Below are positions 1-9,558 of a stretch of 64,000 bases of DNA, piece after piece. Under the pieces are notes generated by a model. It worked only from the letters and a program-made list of their open reading frames with translations, was not told the DNA's origin and made no database searches. The DNA is from a virus (taxonomy: Duplodnaviria; Caudoviricetes), in the IMG/VR virus record IMGVR_UViG_3300030376_005300, positions 1 to 64,000 of that record. One strand, written 5' to 3'. Position numbers and translations under genes: made by a program. The stretch's first letter is position 1. The number at the start of each line of letters is the position of its first letter.

Positions 1-2
1 AA

Positions 3-305
3 TACCACGACTTCCGTGTCCGTGTCTTTGACTGGCGGATGCACAGCGATGGTATCGGAGGCTTCAACGCACCTGTTATCTTCCAAATCATCATGCACCC
101 GGCTCAACAGAACACCACAGTCATCACCGTGTTGTGCAACAGCGAGTCCTACGGACAGGATGACCGATGGGACAACACCGACTCGTTCAATGAACTGGAC
201 TTGTACATGGCGATGGTTGAACAGATGGGCCTGCGCTACATCAGAGCCACCACCCAGATTTATACCCGTGGCAAAGCAACCATCACACCTCCGAAGGAGG
301 ACTGA
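3..305 (+). CDS. hypothetical protein, 5'-truncated by window edge
   Basis: Frame open from position 3; ends in ...PPKED* at a GGAGG-containing junction like neighbouring genes. Confidence 0.65.
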   Translation, partial: YHDFRVRVFDWRMHSDGIGGFNAPVIFQIIMHPAQQNTTVITVLCNSESYGQDDRWDNTDSFNELDLYMAMVEQMGLRYIRATTQIYTRGKATITPPKED

Positions 306-338
306 ACATGAGCGGAACCAAACCGACTGACTGAGGAC

Positions 339-370
339 TTCCCCTTATAACCAAACAACAAAGGAAATGG
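339..370 (+). promoter_or_regulatory. early promoter motif, diverged copy 1
   Basis: TTCCCCTTATAACCAAACAACAAAGGAAATGG aligns without gaps to the AAGTCCTTATAAACTGACAATAAAGGAAATGG consensus; TATA-like TTATAA; intergenic. Confidence 0.65.
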
Positions 371-384
371 CTGGAGGAATAACA

Positions 385-810
385 ATGACCAACGAAAACA
401 AGCAAAGCAACTACGAAGGAACAAGGAACAACGCCGAATGGTATCAGCAAGGCCCACTTGTCCACAAAGAAGTGGGCAACAGGTCATACGAAGTGTGGTC
501 TAACGGAACCTTCCATTGCCACTCATCCGATGGTGAGGGTTGGAAGTCGGGCGACGACGCTACTGCTTGGCTTGTTGAACGAGGAATCACCAACGACCAG
601 CAACTCAACGACATCGTGTTCGGTGAGAAGGACGGCTGGCGATACGCCAACAACAAGTGGTTTGAACTCATCGTGTTTGAGTTTGTTGATGTTGATGGAA
701 TCCGCCACATGACTGAATTGTACGAAGGCGATGTCGCATTTGAGTATGACGAAGAGACATTCAACACTTGGATTGACGAAGCAATCGCACAAGACAAAGA
801 GGAGGAATGA
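385..810 (+). CDS. acidic hypothetical protein
   Basis: GGAGG RBS then ATG 385; ends in EEE* junction. Confidence 0.8.
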   Translation: MTNENKQSNYEGTRNNAEWYQQGPLVHKEVGNRSYEVWSNGTFHCHSSDGEGWKSGDDATAWLVERGITNDQQLNDIVFGEKDGWRYANNKWFELIVFEFVDVDGIRHMTELYEGDVAFEYDEETFNTWIDEAIAQDKEEE

Positions 811-812
811 AT

Positions 813-1064
813 ATGAACAACGAAAACGAACAAGAAGAATGCGAACACGAATGGAATGTCTACGAGGTAGATGACCAAGACGACGACAAAGGTAGAGCAA
901 ACGAAGTGCGTTTGTTCCTTAGCCTGATATGTGTGAAGTGTGGTGCCGCCGCAAGGTCGGACGCCATACTTGACTACCACGACAACATCAAATCAATTGA
1001 CCTGTCCTACTGCTGGAAAGACGAGGACGACGAAGAGACACAGCACTACCGAAAGGAGGAATGA
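813..1064 (+). CDS. small Zn-binding protein (CxH...CxxC)
   Basis: CEHEW and CVKC motifs; coupled junction. Confidence 0.75.
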   Translation: MNNENEQEECEHEWNVYEVDDQDDDKGRANEVRLFLSLICVKCGAAARSDAILDYHDNIKSIDLSYCWKDEDDEETQHYRKEE

Positions 1065-1067
1065 AAC

Positions 1068-1205
1068 ATGAGAACAATGAGAACAGTAAGCAGAACATAC
1101 CAAGGCCGACCCATGCGGGAGGTTGCACGCATCAGCCTCAGCAAGAGGCATCGCCGTCACCGACTGGCGCACCCGAACGACTTGACAATGCGGAGGGATG
1201 AATGA
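1068..1205 (+). CDS. small Arg-rich hypothetical protein (45 aa, not in ORF track)
   Basis: GGAGGAATGAAACATG junction; stop overlaps next ATG (ATGA). Confidence 0.55.
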   Translation: MRTMRTVSRTYQGRPMREVARISLSKRHRRHRLAHPNDLTMRRDE

Positions 1206-1423
1206 TGGGAGGATGGGGACCAAAGACACCGGCACAGTACGAAGAGCAAGCCGAGAGGAATGCCAAGTGGCTCGCTGAGAAACCTTGGCGTAAGAAGGTG
1301 GCTGAACTTGAGGCTCGCATCGTCAAGCAAGACCGCATCATCAACCTACTCAAGAAGCATCTCAAGAAGCAAGGTGAGTCCGACCTCATCCTTGACTTGG
1401 TAGCAGAACTACTGGAGGAATAA
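1202..1423 (+). CDS. small coiled-coil hypothetical protein
   Basis: ORF track; ATGA overlap; ends in EE* junction. Confidence 0.75.
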   Translation: MMGGWGPKTPAQYEEQAERNAKWLAEKPWRKKVAELEARIVKQDRIINLLKKHLKKQGESDLILDLVAELLEE

Positions 1424-1425
1424 AC

Positions 1426-2010
1426 ATGGTAAACGAAATACAAACAAACGAAGCACGAATTGACGAAGCACTGGACACCATCACAATGTCCAAAGATGGA
1501 TGGGTACACATCAACCTGTTCAACATCCAACGACGGTACAGGACTGACGACTACATCATGGTATCCTTGCCGGAAACCATCGCCGAGGCCGTGATGCAAC
1601 TACGCAAGATGGACATCCGAGGAGAGCGATTGACTCGCTTCATTGAACTGTTTGAGCCAACGATATACGCTGACTACAATCGCTACGATAACAGAGACGC
1701 TGACGACACGCTCTACTGGGACTGGTACGATGAGTCCGATAACAACGGCACTCACCCTGACACACTCAATCAGTTCTACGATTTCTGTACCGCATTCAAG
1801 ATGGTGAACCTCATGGGTGTGAGCCCCGCTTACTACGGCGTCATGCTTGAGTTCGTGAACGGCAACCGAGACTTCCTCATTGACGACGAGTCCGATGACA
1901 AGCGATACCTCGGCAAGTTCACCAAGGTGACCTTTGACAACGAGCGATACTTTTCACTTGAGAAGGCACGGGAGATTTTCCCTGCTGGCTACAACCAACC
2001 AAAGGACTGA
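1426..2010 (+). CDS. hypothetical protein
   Basis: RBS junction; typical codon usage. Confidence 0.8.
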   Translation: MVNEIQTNEARIDEALDTITMSKDGWVHINLFNIQRRYRTDDYIMVSLPETIAEAVMQLRKMDIRGERLTRFIELFEPTIYADYNRYDNRDADDTLYWDWYDESDNNGTHPDTLNQFYDFCTAFKMVNLMGVSPAYYGVMLEFVNGNRDFLIDDESDDKRYLGKFTKVTFDNERYFSLEKAREIFPAGYNQPKD

Positions 2011-2025
2011 CGAGGAGGAATGAAC

Positions 2026-2208
2026 ATGGACATTGTACTGCCCGACGACCTTTACGATTTGATTCGTGAAGCACTGTTTCCCGAATGGAACAAGCACGAA
2101 CTCTCACGCCCTATCCTTGAACCCGATGGTGGCATCAGCGTTGACAACGGTGACCAAATGATGCTCGTCCTTTACCCACTTTCACACTACAAAATACTGG
2201 AGGAATGA
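2026..2208 (+). CDS. small hypothetical protein
   Basis: GAGGAGGAATGAACATG junction. Confidence 0.7.
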   Translation: MDIVLPDDLYDLIREALFPEWNKHELSRPILEPDGGISVDNGDQMMLVLYPLSHYKILEE

Positions 2209-2210
2209 AC

Positions 2211-2795
2211 ATGACTGACACAGACATTGAACAACTGCACCCATCACTGGGCAAGAAGAACGACGACACACCACGGGTCTATGTGGCCTGCCTTGGATGC
2301 TACAACGCAGGACGATACCACGGCAAGTGGATGGACGCTGACGAACTGGAGTCCGAGTGGTTGCATGGCGACCTTCGTGAAGATGGCTCGTACCCGATGA
2401 CTCGGTGCAAGAAAATGCACCATGAGGAGTGGGCCATCCACGACAGCGAGTACATTGATTGTAGCGAGCACCCCGACATCCCCAAACTCATCACAGTCAT
2501 GCAACTCTTTGAAGAACACGGCGAAGGTTTCCGTGAGTGGTACAATTACTGCGGTGACCAATACGACGACCCCGAAGAAGCATGGCAAGACCGATACCAA
2601 GGCGAGTACGATTCCGAGAAAGCCTTCGCTGAGGAATGGGCTGAGATGTGCGGGTACCTTGATGACATCACTGACGGACGGGGTCGCAAAATCCACAACC
2701 CACTGATTCGCTACATTGACTTTGAGTGGTACTGGAACGCAGACCTGCGCCACCACTTCACATTCAGCAACGGCCATGTGTGGTCGGACTACTGA
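2211..2795 (+). CDS. ardA: antirestriction protein ArdA
   Basis: PRVYVACLGCYNAGRYHGKW, EEWAIHDSE, YQGEYDSEKAFAEE, RYIDFEW and NGHVW match ArdA family signatures; very acidic. Confidence 0.9.
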   Translation: MTDTDIEQLHPSLGKKNDDTPRVYVACLGCYNAGRYHGKWMDADELESEWLHGDLREDGSYPMTRCKKMHHEEWAIHDSEYIDCSEHPDIPKLITVMQLFEEHGEGFREWYNYCGDQYDDPEEAWQDRYQGEYDSEKAFAEEWAEMCGYLDDITDGRGRKIHNPLIRYIDFEWYWNADLRHHFTFSNGHVWSDY

Positions 2796-2807
2796 GGAGG
2801 AATAAAC

Positions 2808-3218
2808 ATGGACAAAGAACACAGACACACAGAACTAACACAAGCAGACACATTGAACCGACTGACTTACCTTAGACAAGTACACGAGGACAGAGACGAA
2901 CCGCTCTATGGGATGACGGCTGTAAAGATAACGCTGTTCTCACACGGCGACCTTCCACCTGTCGTCATCAGTATGACGAAAGCAAAGGAACTCATCCGTG
3001 AAACTTGGCAAAGAATGCCTCGTGAAGCAGAACGCATGGTTGAAAGTGGACAATTCGTTTCCGCCATCCCCACGATGGAACTATATCTCACCGAGTTCGG
3101 TACGCTGTGGTTGTCGGCACACATTCAACGAGAGGCTGGCCCCGAACTGCAAGCGAAGTGGGATGCTATCCAAGCAACCCGAGAGAAACAATTTCCCGAA
3201 CACTACGAGGAGGAATAA
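2808..3218 (+). CDS. hypothetical protein
   Basis: junction RBS; EEE* tail. Confidence 0.8.
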   Translation: MDKEHRHTELTQADTLNRLTYLRQVHEDRDEPLYGMTAVKITLFSHGDLPPVVISMTKAKELIRETWQRMPREAERMVESGQFVSAIPTMELYLTEFGTLWLSAHIQREAGPELQAKWDAIQATREKQFPEHYEEE

Positions 3219-3220
3219 AC

Positions 3221-3472
3221 ATGGAACGAAACGAAAACACAGAATGGTACATTGACCATGTACTCACCTACGGTACTGACCGCACAGACAACTTGCCAGC
3301 AGGTGAGTACCTTGACTGGTGGGCATACAGCCACGGCATCCCCGACGAACTGGTTGCACTTGGCTTCCCTGAAGACGAACAAGAATGGACTGAGGACGAT
3401 TGGGACAGGCTGGAAATAGGCATCCGGTGGGCAACCGAATACATCAACAAAATAATGGAGGTGGGCGCATGA
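3221..3472 (+). CDS. acidic, Trp-rich hypothetical protein
   Basis: Start after GAGGAGGAATAAAC. Confidence 0.75.
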   Translation: MERNENTEWYIDHVLTYGTDRTDNLPAGEYLDWWAYSHGIPDELVALGFPEDEQEWTEDDWDRLEIGIRWATEYINKIMEVGA

Positions 3473-3588
3473 GTTTCACGACACCCGGTGCTTGCCCCGA
3501 ATGCGATATGCCTTGTGTCTTCACCCTACGCTGGGATGCTTACGGTGACACTTGGACAGTCAACTGTACCTTTTGCAAGGAGGAATGA
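3469..3588 (+). CDS. micro Zn-ribbon protein (CPEC...CTFC)
   Basis: ATGA overlap, GAGGTG RBS, two CxxC motifs. Confidence 0.65.
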   Translation: MSFTTPGACPECDMPCVFTLRWDAYGDTWTVNCTFCKEE

Positions 3589-3591
3589 AAC

Positions 3592-4212
3592 ATGATTAGA
3601 AAATGGATTGAAAAGAAAATTGAAGCACGAGTGAACGAATACCTTGCCGCCTTGGAGGTGGACGAGGAAGCGATTGCAGAACATGTGGAGGTGGACCTTG
3701 AACTGGTCGCCGGACACATTGAAGCGTCGGACTTGGTTGACTACATTGATGTAGACAACGCCATTGACAGCGCACTGGACTACGACCGTGTGGCAGATTA
3801 TGTGGACATGAACAACCTTGCTGACCACATCTGCAAGTACGACCTCGCCGACTACATTGACAAGAGCGACATCGCTGACAACCTTGACATGAGCGACATC
3901 GCTTCACACTTGGAAGTAGACGCACAGGATGTTGCCGAGCACATTGAACTGCAAGACCTTGCGAACTGGGTGGCTGACGAGGACGAACTCATCAGCACAC
4001 TGATTGACAACACCGACCTCGTGAGGTTGGTGGGCGAAGAGATTCAAGACAAGGTGGCTGACGCTATCACTGACACCATGCACTACATGGTGAGCGAGAA
4101 CAAGACTAAGGTCAATGCTGTCATTGAGGCACTGACCTTACTTGAGGACGCATTCTCCGGCGCAGTCACTCAACTACGCTGGGCACTTGAGAAGAAGGAG
4201 GAGAGCGAATGA
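3592..4212 (+). CDS. hyper-acidic protein with ~9-aa tandem repeats (candidate DNA mimic)
   Basis: Repeats such as LADHICKYD, LADYIDKSD, IADNLDMSD, VAEHIELQD. Confidence 0.8.
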   Translation: MIRKWIEKKIEARVNEYLAALEVDEEAIAEHVEVDLELVAGHIEASDLVDYIDVDNAIDSALDYDRVADYVDMNNLADHICKYDLADYIDKSDIADNLDMSDIASHLEVDAQDVAEHIELQDLANWVADEDELISTLIDNTDLVRLVGEEIQDKVADAITDTMHYMVSENKTKVNAVIEALTLLEDAFSGAVTQLRWALEKKEESE

Positions 4213-4424
4213 TTGGACCGACAGCATACGAGATATGGTTTCAAACGAAGCACGACCTGATGAAGGAATACGCAGTGAAGCACAAAGGCATGCGATACAT
4301 CTACTGCTACGACTGGGAGATACTATCTATGTTTGACAGCACCTTGGGTTTCAAGAACTGGTGCTTCGCTGACATGATGGACAACGGCGGCGAGTACGCT
4401 GACAGAAAGGAAGTGGTTGAATGA
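4209..4424 (+). CDS. small hypothetical protein
   Basis: ATGA-coupled ORF. Confidence 0.7.
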   Translation: MIGPTAYEIWFQTKHDLMKEYAVKHKGMRYIYCYDWEILSMFDSTLGFKNWCFADMMDNGGEYADRKEVVE

Positions 4425-4633
4425 CTGACACACACCCGTACTACACGGGCAAACTGACACACACGAGCAGAGAACTGGACCACTGCCCCGCATGTCGGAG
4501 CGAAGACATTTCCTACAGGGATGGTTTCTGTGATGGTATCATCCATGTTGTTTGCAATGACTGCAATGCAAGATGGGACGAAGCGTGGACTTACGCTGGC
4601 ATAGTAATGATTGAAGGTAAGGTGAAAGTATGA
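4421..4633 (+). CDS. small Zn-ribbon protein
   Basis: CPAC...CNDC...W motif. Confidence 0.75.
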   Translation: MTDTHPYYTGKLTHTSRELDHCPACRSEDISYRDGFCDGIIHVVCNDCNARWDEAWTYAGIVMIEGKVKV

Positions 4634-4815
4634 GTCCTCAAGAAATACTGGAAGACCGAGTTGAACAGTTGGAAACGCATTGGGATTTCGTGCGCGGCTG
4701 GTTGAAAACGATGTGTTGCAAGGACAACACCGTTTCCACCAAATACACTATCCCTGTTTACGCTAAGGTATTGAAACTGATGGACGACTTGGAGCCACGA
4801 GGTGAAGAAGAATGA
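4630..4815 (+). CDS. small protein sharing the THW.F.R.WL...PRGEEE module with 8431-8751
   Basis: Direct protein comparison. Confidence 0.7.
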   Translation: MSPQEILEDRVEQLETHWDFVRGWLKTMCCKDNTVSTKYTIPVYAKVLKLMDDLEPRGEEE

Positions 4816-5249
4816 AAGCCTACCCCCGTGGAGATTACAGCAGTACGCTTGACATTTCAAACCACATCTTCGTGGAACAAGAACTCCTCAAGCGTCACGA
4901 CTCAAAGGGCTGGCGCATAGTTTGGGAAGACCAGTGCGACTGGATTCAAGCCGACGAAGGAACGGAGGCAGAGAAGTTCATACTGCAAATGCAGAAAGCC
5001 GAACAGGACTATCCGGTACTCAACGAACGACATTACTCAGACCTGCAATATGGGGAGATGCTCAAGGCCATAAAGCGCAAAGCAGAGCAGTCAGGTACTA
5101 TCGTCATTTCCTACGACGACGCCCACGACTGCCTACTTGATAGTGGGATTGACATTGAGGAGTGCCCACCACGCTACACTGTGCTATGCAGTGATGAGGT
5201 GTTCAGGGATACGATTGAAAGTGTGTTCCCAAACTGGAAAGACTACTGA
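4812..5249 (+). CDS. hypothetical protein
   Basis: Coupled ORF; DYPVLNE..YS motif. Confidence 0.75.
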   Translation: MKAYPRGDYSSTLDISNHIFVEQELLKRHDSKGWRIVWEDQCDWIQADEGTEAEKFILQMQKAEQDYPVLNERHYSDLQYGEMLKAIKRKAEQSGTIVISYDDAHDCLLDSGIDIEECPPRYTVLCSDEVFRDTIESVFPNWKDY

Positions 5250-5253
5250 GAGG

Positions 5254-5285
5254 AAGTCCTTATCAACTGACAATAAAGAAAATGG
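5254..5285 (+). promoter_or_regulatory. early promoter motif copy 2
   Basis: AAGTCCTTATCAACTGACAATAAAGAAAATGG, intergenic. Confidence 0.8.
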
Positions 5286-5295
5286 AGGAAGCAAA

Positions 5296-5556
5296 ATGAC
5301 AAACAGAATTGAGAGAGGAACAGAACAGTACCCAACGCTGACACAACTACGAGACGGTATGTACCATACACAGGTGTTGTACAACGGATTCTACCGGAAT
5401 GTGGAAATCATTCGTCATGTGAGTGGCAGGTGGGTACTGAACATCTGCAAATTACTCGCACGAGAGTACGAGTTCCGGCACTTCAACATGAAGTCGCCAG
5501 CACATGCTATTCACTATATGATTGAAAACTACGAAACGAAACTTGAGGAGGAATGA
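5296..5556 (+). CDS. hypothetical protein
   Basis: GGAGG then ATG 5296 downstream of promoter; EEE* tail. Confidence 0.75.
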   Translation: MTNRIERGTEQYPTLTQLRDGMYHTQVLYNGFYRNVEIIRHVSGRWVLNICKLLAREYEFRHFNMKSPAHAIHYMIENYETKLEEE

Positions 5557-5559
5557 AAC

Positions 5560-5838
5560 ATGAAAGTAACAATTGAAAAAGGAACGAAATACGACGAACT
5601 GACAGATGAACAGGGTGTGGTGATTGACGGCATCCGGGACATGATTAACCGAATGCAGGAGATGATTGACATCTTGGAAGAAGCCATTGGCTACAACGAC
5701 CCAAGGCTTAGCGACTTTATTCCATCACTACCAGCGGGCTACTTCTATAACCCCACAGTGGACATAAAGAAGTTCTATGCATTGAAGAAACGGGTTGAGA
5801 ACATGACCGATTCTTACGACAAGGTGGTGTCGTATTGA
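5560..5838 (+). CDS. hypothetical protein
   Basis: junction RBS. Confidence 0.75.
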   Translation: MKVTIEKGTKYDELTDEQGVVIDGIRDMINRMQEMIDILEEAIGYNDPRLSDFIPSLPAGYFYNPTVDIKKFYALKKRVENMTDSYDKVVSY

Positions 5839-6128
5839 TTGACAGATTACCTGCCATCAAACTGACACCCGAACAAGCACGGCACTTCGCTGTCAGTGAG
5901 CGAGCATGGGGCCGTCACGGCTGGTCGCAGACGCACGATGGTATGCTTGAGACGATGTTCCAAAAGCCCGAAGCCATTTTCCCAGCCACCTTTTGGTCCA
6001 TGACCATTGACCCAAAGGGAGTCGGCGCACTTTCAATGTACGACGCTCGCAAAAACGAGTGGGTCACCAAAGAGATATTCGCACCAGTTGACCCCGAAGC
6101 AATACTGATGTGGGACGAGGAGGAATGA
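5835..6128 (+). CDS. hypothetical protein (TTG start)
   Basis: TTGA overlap; EEE* tail. Confidence 0.7.
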   Translation: MIDRLPAIKLTPEQARHFAVSERAWGRHGWSQTHDGMLETMFQKPEAIFPATFWSMTIDPKGVGALSMYDARKNEWVTKEIFAPVDPEAILMWDEEE

Positions 6129-6130
6129 AC

Positions 6131-7489
6131 ATGAAGACAAATGAACAAAGAAAACAACAGATGGATAATTGGGTAGCAGTAGGCTTCGCCAAAGAGCGTG
6201 ACGAACTAACACGGAAGGTGTTCAAGCAGAGCATCGGTACGAATGGCGTTCACCGATGGAGGCCAAGTCCCGGCCTATTGCTAACAGCCATGGAAATGGC
6301 CATCCTTGATACGATGTACGACGCTGGCGAAGGTGCCGAGTTCAAGCCCAAGGACTTGGTGAACGACCACACTCGCATGGCGTACATGATTGACAAAGAC
6401 TGGGCACTGTATTTCGTTGCTGACCGCAAGCAAGAATCCTGCGGGCATGATGAGCGAGACTGTTTCGTCTACCAAATCTACGAGCACTACAAAGATGAAG
6501 ACTGTTACAGCGGTTGGAACCGCCGAGTCATCAAGGAATGGTACACCGATGAAGACGATTGCCCCACCCTTGAAGAGTTTGAAAAACTCGCCGAAGAGCA
6601 GTACGAGAAAGAAAAGAACTACAGGGACAAGCGTGACAGTCGCTTGATTTACAGTCATCACAGTTGCCACAACATTGACACCTACAAAGGCGAGTGCGCT
6701 TGGGACGACAGAAAGTGCAAGCATCACCACAGCGTTCTACTCGCACCAGCCTTGGTTCGTCTTGTTGACAAAGATACGAAGGCTGAGAAGCAGTACCTTC
6801 GCAAATCAAAGTGGGGTCGTAGCGAGTACGCTAACCAATTTGACTACCGCTTTTTGGACGAAGAAGACCATGAAGCCCTCCTCTGTGATGTCAACGACAG
6901 CGATGTACTTGCCCACATTCGTGCAACCATTCCCAAGATGAAGACCGAGGCACGGGACTGGCTCTATTCCACGACACAAGTATGGGACATTGAAACCAAG
7001 TCGTACATGACAGAGGGTATGCGAGGCGTCTACCGACTGGGCTGGTGGGGCATAGATAGCCGTGTCCGTGAAACGGAAATCATCACCGCAGAGTACAACG
7101 AACTCAACGGAACCGAAGTCAACGGTTGGGTGTTCAAGAAACAAAATGACGCTCATGGTTTTTGGGGAGCGGACATCAAATTGTGGAAAGTCGCATCACT
7201 CTACAATCGCCGAAACCAATTCGCCATGGACTTCTTGTACAAAGCCGAAGCCGAGACTGCGGCTCAGCAAATGAACTCAATGCCACGATTGACCCACTCG
7301 TACGACGCCGAGGGTGCGCCGAGCAACATCGTGAGAGTTGAGGAGAGTACGAAAGAACTTCACTTGCACAACAATTTAGTTTCACTCTGTGAGAAGTACA
7401 CACCGCACGAATACTTCGTGGCCTGTCACAACGGCGAGGTCGCCAATGAATCCAACAAGGTTTGCCAACACGAGGAGGAAGACGAATGA
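6131..7489 (+). CDS. hypothetical protein with Cys/His clusters
   Basis: Long ORF; start after GAGGAGGAATGAAC. Confidence 0.85.
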   Translation: MKTNEQRKQQMDNWVAVGFAKERDELTRKVFKQSIGTNGVHRWRPSPGLLLTAMEMAILDTMYDAGEGAEFKPKDLVNDHTRMAYMIDKDWALYFVADRKQESCGHDERDCFVYQIYEHYKDEDCYSGWNRRVIKEWYTDEDDCPTLEEFEKLAEEQYEKEKNYRDKRDSRLIYSHHSCHNIDTYKGECAWDDRKCKHHHSVLLAPALVRLVDKDTKAEKQYLRKSKWGRSEYANQFDYRFLDEEDHEALLCDVNDSDVLAHIRATIPKMKTEARDWLYSTTQVWDIETKSYMTEGMRGVYRLGWWGIDSRVRETEIITAEYNELNGTEVNGWVFKKQNDAHGFWGADIKLWKVASLYNRRNQFAMDFLYKAEAETAAQQMNSMPRLTHSYDAEGAPSNIVRVEESTKELHLHNNLVSLCEKYTPHEYFVACHNGEVANESNKVCQHEEEDE

Positions 7490-7908
7490 CCATGAGCGAA
7501 GAAACAATTGAACTGCGCTACATCAGCGACTACGAAGACCCCGAAACGGGAAAGCGTGAGCGAAACAAGCAAGGCGTGAGTCTTGTCTCAAGGGAAGTCT
7601 ATCTTCAATTCCTTCACGAAACCGAATGGGAACCTTGCGAGTGTAATGTGCAAGGTTGCTTGTCATGTTTCCTTGATGAGAAAGACCTGTGGGCTGATGG
7701 CTACGGTATCACATGCACCCAACTTTGGTTCGGTGTTGACCCTGCGACGGGCAAACAATGGAACCCCGAAGCCGTCCTTGCAGAACGCAGGAGTAAAGAC
7801 CCCGATTGCCAGTGGTGCTACGAGCGCATCATTGGCGACGAAGGTCAAGTGTGGGAAGGGGCCAACTACCACTTCTATTGCTTGAAGGACATGGGGGTAG
7901 GACAATGA
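7486..7908 (+). CDS. Cys-rich hypothetical protein
   Basis: CECNVQGCLSC and CQWC...HFYC. Confidence 0.75.
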   Translation: MTMSEETIELRYISDYEDPETGKRERNKQGVSLVSREVYLQFLHETEWEPCECNVQGCLSCFLDEKDLWADGYGITCTQLWFGVDPATGKQWNPEAVLAERRSKDPDCQWCYERIIGDEGQVWEGANYHFYCLKDMGVGQ

Positions 7909-8141
7909 CCATGAGCGACCATCAAGACAGCGAGCACTTTGCTTACGACAAGACATGGGAAGAGATTGAAACCATGCTGGACAGGGCGGAGCGCAAACAG
8001 AACTCACACTATTCTTCCATGTTGGACGGGCCGAAGAAGAAACGCATGTACCACATGAGGAACTACAAAGCATTGGAGGGCGTGGTCAAGGCTCTTCGTT
8101 GGGTGCTTGGAGATAAAGACATTGACCATCCACTGGAGTGA
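7905..8141 (+). CDS. small helical hypothetical protein
   Basis: ATGA-coupled; ALRWVLG motif. Confidence 0.7.
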   Translation: MTMSDHQDSEHFAYDKTWEEIETMLDRAERKQNSHYSSMLDGPKKKRMYHMRNYKALEGVVKALRWVLGDKDIDHPLE

Positions 8142-8146
8142 GAAAA

Positions 8147-8434
8147 ATGATTGACACAGACAAATACAAAGGACATACACCCGGCCCTTGGTGGATTGAG
8201 AATGGCTTTATCATGGGTAATGACCCCGAAGATTCTGTTCTTGTTTCCGAAACACTTGAGATTTTGGAAGGTAACGAAGCGGATGCACAACTCGCAACAG
8301 ACGCACCACTACTCCTCGCAGAAGTCAAGCAGTTGCGTGAAGCGATTGCTGACATTGTTAATGGGATAGGGCAAGTTGCTTCCGATGCCTTTTCACATAT
8401 GGTCATTGAGGAATTACGGAAGGTGATTGAATGA
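8147..8434 (+). CDS. MIDTDKY-family protein, paralog 1
   Basis: MIDTDKYKGHTPGPW...TDAPLLLAEVKQLRE. Confidence 0.8.
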   Translation: MIDTDKYKGHTPGPWWIENGFIMGNDPEDSVLVSETLEILEGNEADAQLATDAPLLLAEVKQLREAIADIVNGIGQVASDAFSHMVIEELRKVIE

Positions 8435-8751
8435 TTGACACAGACAAATACGAAGGACACATACAGGGTGAATGGCGAGATACCATACATGAGGGAGCAA
8501 AGGCTCATCACATAAATGCCGAAGATGTAAAAATCTGTACGGTGTTTCCAAATGAAGCAACGGCAAACTTAGTGACAGACGCACCACTTCTCTTAGCAGA
8601 AGTCAGGCGCTTGCGTGAAAGCGACGAACGGTGGCAGACTCATTGGGAGTTCATACGTGACTGGCTCGCCAATGTTGGCGATGGACACATCAGCGGCAAC
8701 GATGTGTCATCAGTAATGGACGCACTACGACCACGAGGTGAAGAAGAGTAA
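8431..8751 (+). CDS. MIDTDKY-family protein, paralog 2
   Basis: MIDTDKYEGHIQGEW...TDAPLLLAEVRRLRE. Confidence 0.8.
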   Translation: MIDTDKYEGHIQGEWRDTIHEGAKAHHINAEDVKICTVFPNEATANLVTDAPLLLAEVRRLRESDERWQTHWEFIRDWLANVGDGHISGNDVSSVMDALRPRGEEE

Positions 8752-8781
8752 GTCCTTTTAAACTGACAATAAAGATAATGG
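8750..8781 (+). promoter_or_regulatory. early promoter motif copy 3
   Basis: AAGTCCTTTTAAACTGACAATAAAGATAATGG. Confidence 0.8.
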
Positions 8782-8791
8782 AGGAAGCAAA

Positions 8792-9190
8792 ATGAACTTT
8801 GACAACTACAAAGAACAAGCCAAAGAATTGGCGCAACGAGCGAAGGTGCTTGAGTCAACGATGATGACTTACAAGGCACTGGAATACTGTACACTGAACG
8901 GGCATGACTTCAACATGCACCTGACACCCGACAACCACATTGATGGACTGTGCGCTAACTGCGCTATCAGAATCACTGCGACGGATATTACACTCAAGTT
9001 TGACGAGGCGAATACGGAAGGCTTCGGAGAACTGGCGGGCAAGACGATTGAGGAAATCCCAATCACCCCACCACCAAAAACCAGCGAGACGGCTGACAAA
9101 CCTACACTTCCACTGGAGCAAACCAACCAAAGCGATGGGACATACCGAGTAGATGTCTCTGAAATACTCGGACAAAAAGGAGAGGAATAA
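8792..9190 (+). CDS. hypothetical protein (C..GH...CANC)
   Basis: ORF after promoter and RBS. Confidence 0.8.
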   Translation: MNFDNYKEQAKELAQRAKVLESTMMTYKALEYCTLNGHDFNMHLTPDNHIDGLCANCAIRITATDITLKFDEANTEGFGELAGKTIEEIPITPPPKTSETADKPTLPLEQTNQSDGTYRVDVSEILGQKGEE

Positions 9191-9192
9191 AC

Positions 9193-9555
9193 ATGATACC
9201 AATGCGAATGATAAACGACATGGCGAAGAGACTGGCGATGGGTGGCGAAGTGCCGTTCACTTTCATCGGAAAGACAGGTGGGCTACAAGCGACCTTGAAC
9301 GACGATGGTATGGTGACATCCTATCAAAAGTGGGGTGGTGGCACGACATCTGCAATCCTGTGCGGTGAGCCGCAGACTGTCAAGCAAACGGCCCTTGAGA
9401 TTTTTGTGACCTTTGCCGCCGAAACATCGGAGCGGCCCGACGCATGGAAGTACGAGAAACTTCGCCAAGAGATGCACAACTACATGGAGACACCCGAGGC
9501 CAAGCGGATTTGGCCTACCTACATCCGAGAGAACTACTTCAACGAGGAGGAATGA
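9193..9555 (+). CDS. hypothetical protein
   Basis: junction RBS; EEE* tail. Confidence 0.8.
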   Translation: MIPMRMINDMAKRLAMGGEVPFTFIGKTGGLQATLNDDGMVTSYQKWGGGTTSAILCGEPQTVKQTALEIFVTFAAETSERPDAWKYEKLRQEMHNYMETPEAKRIWPTYIRENYFNEEE

Positions 9556-9558
9556 AGC

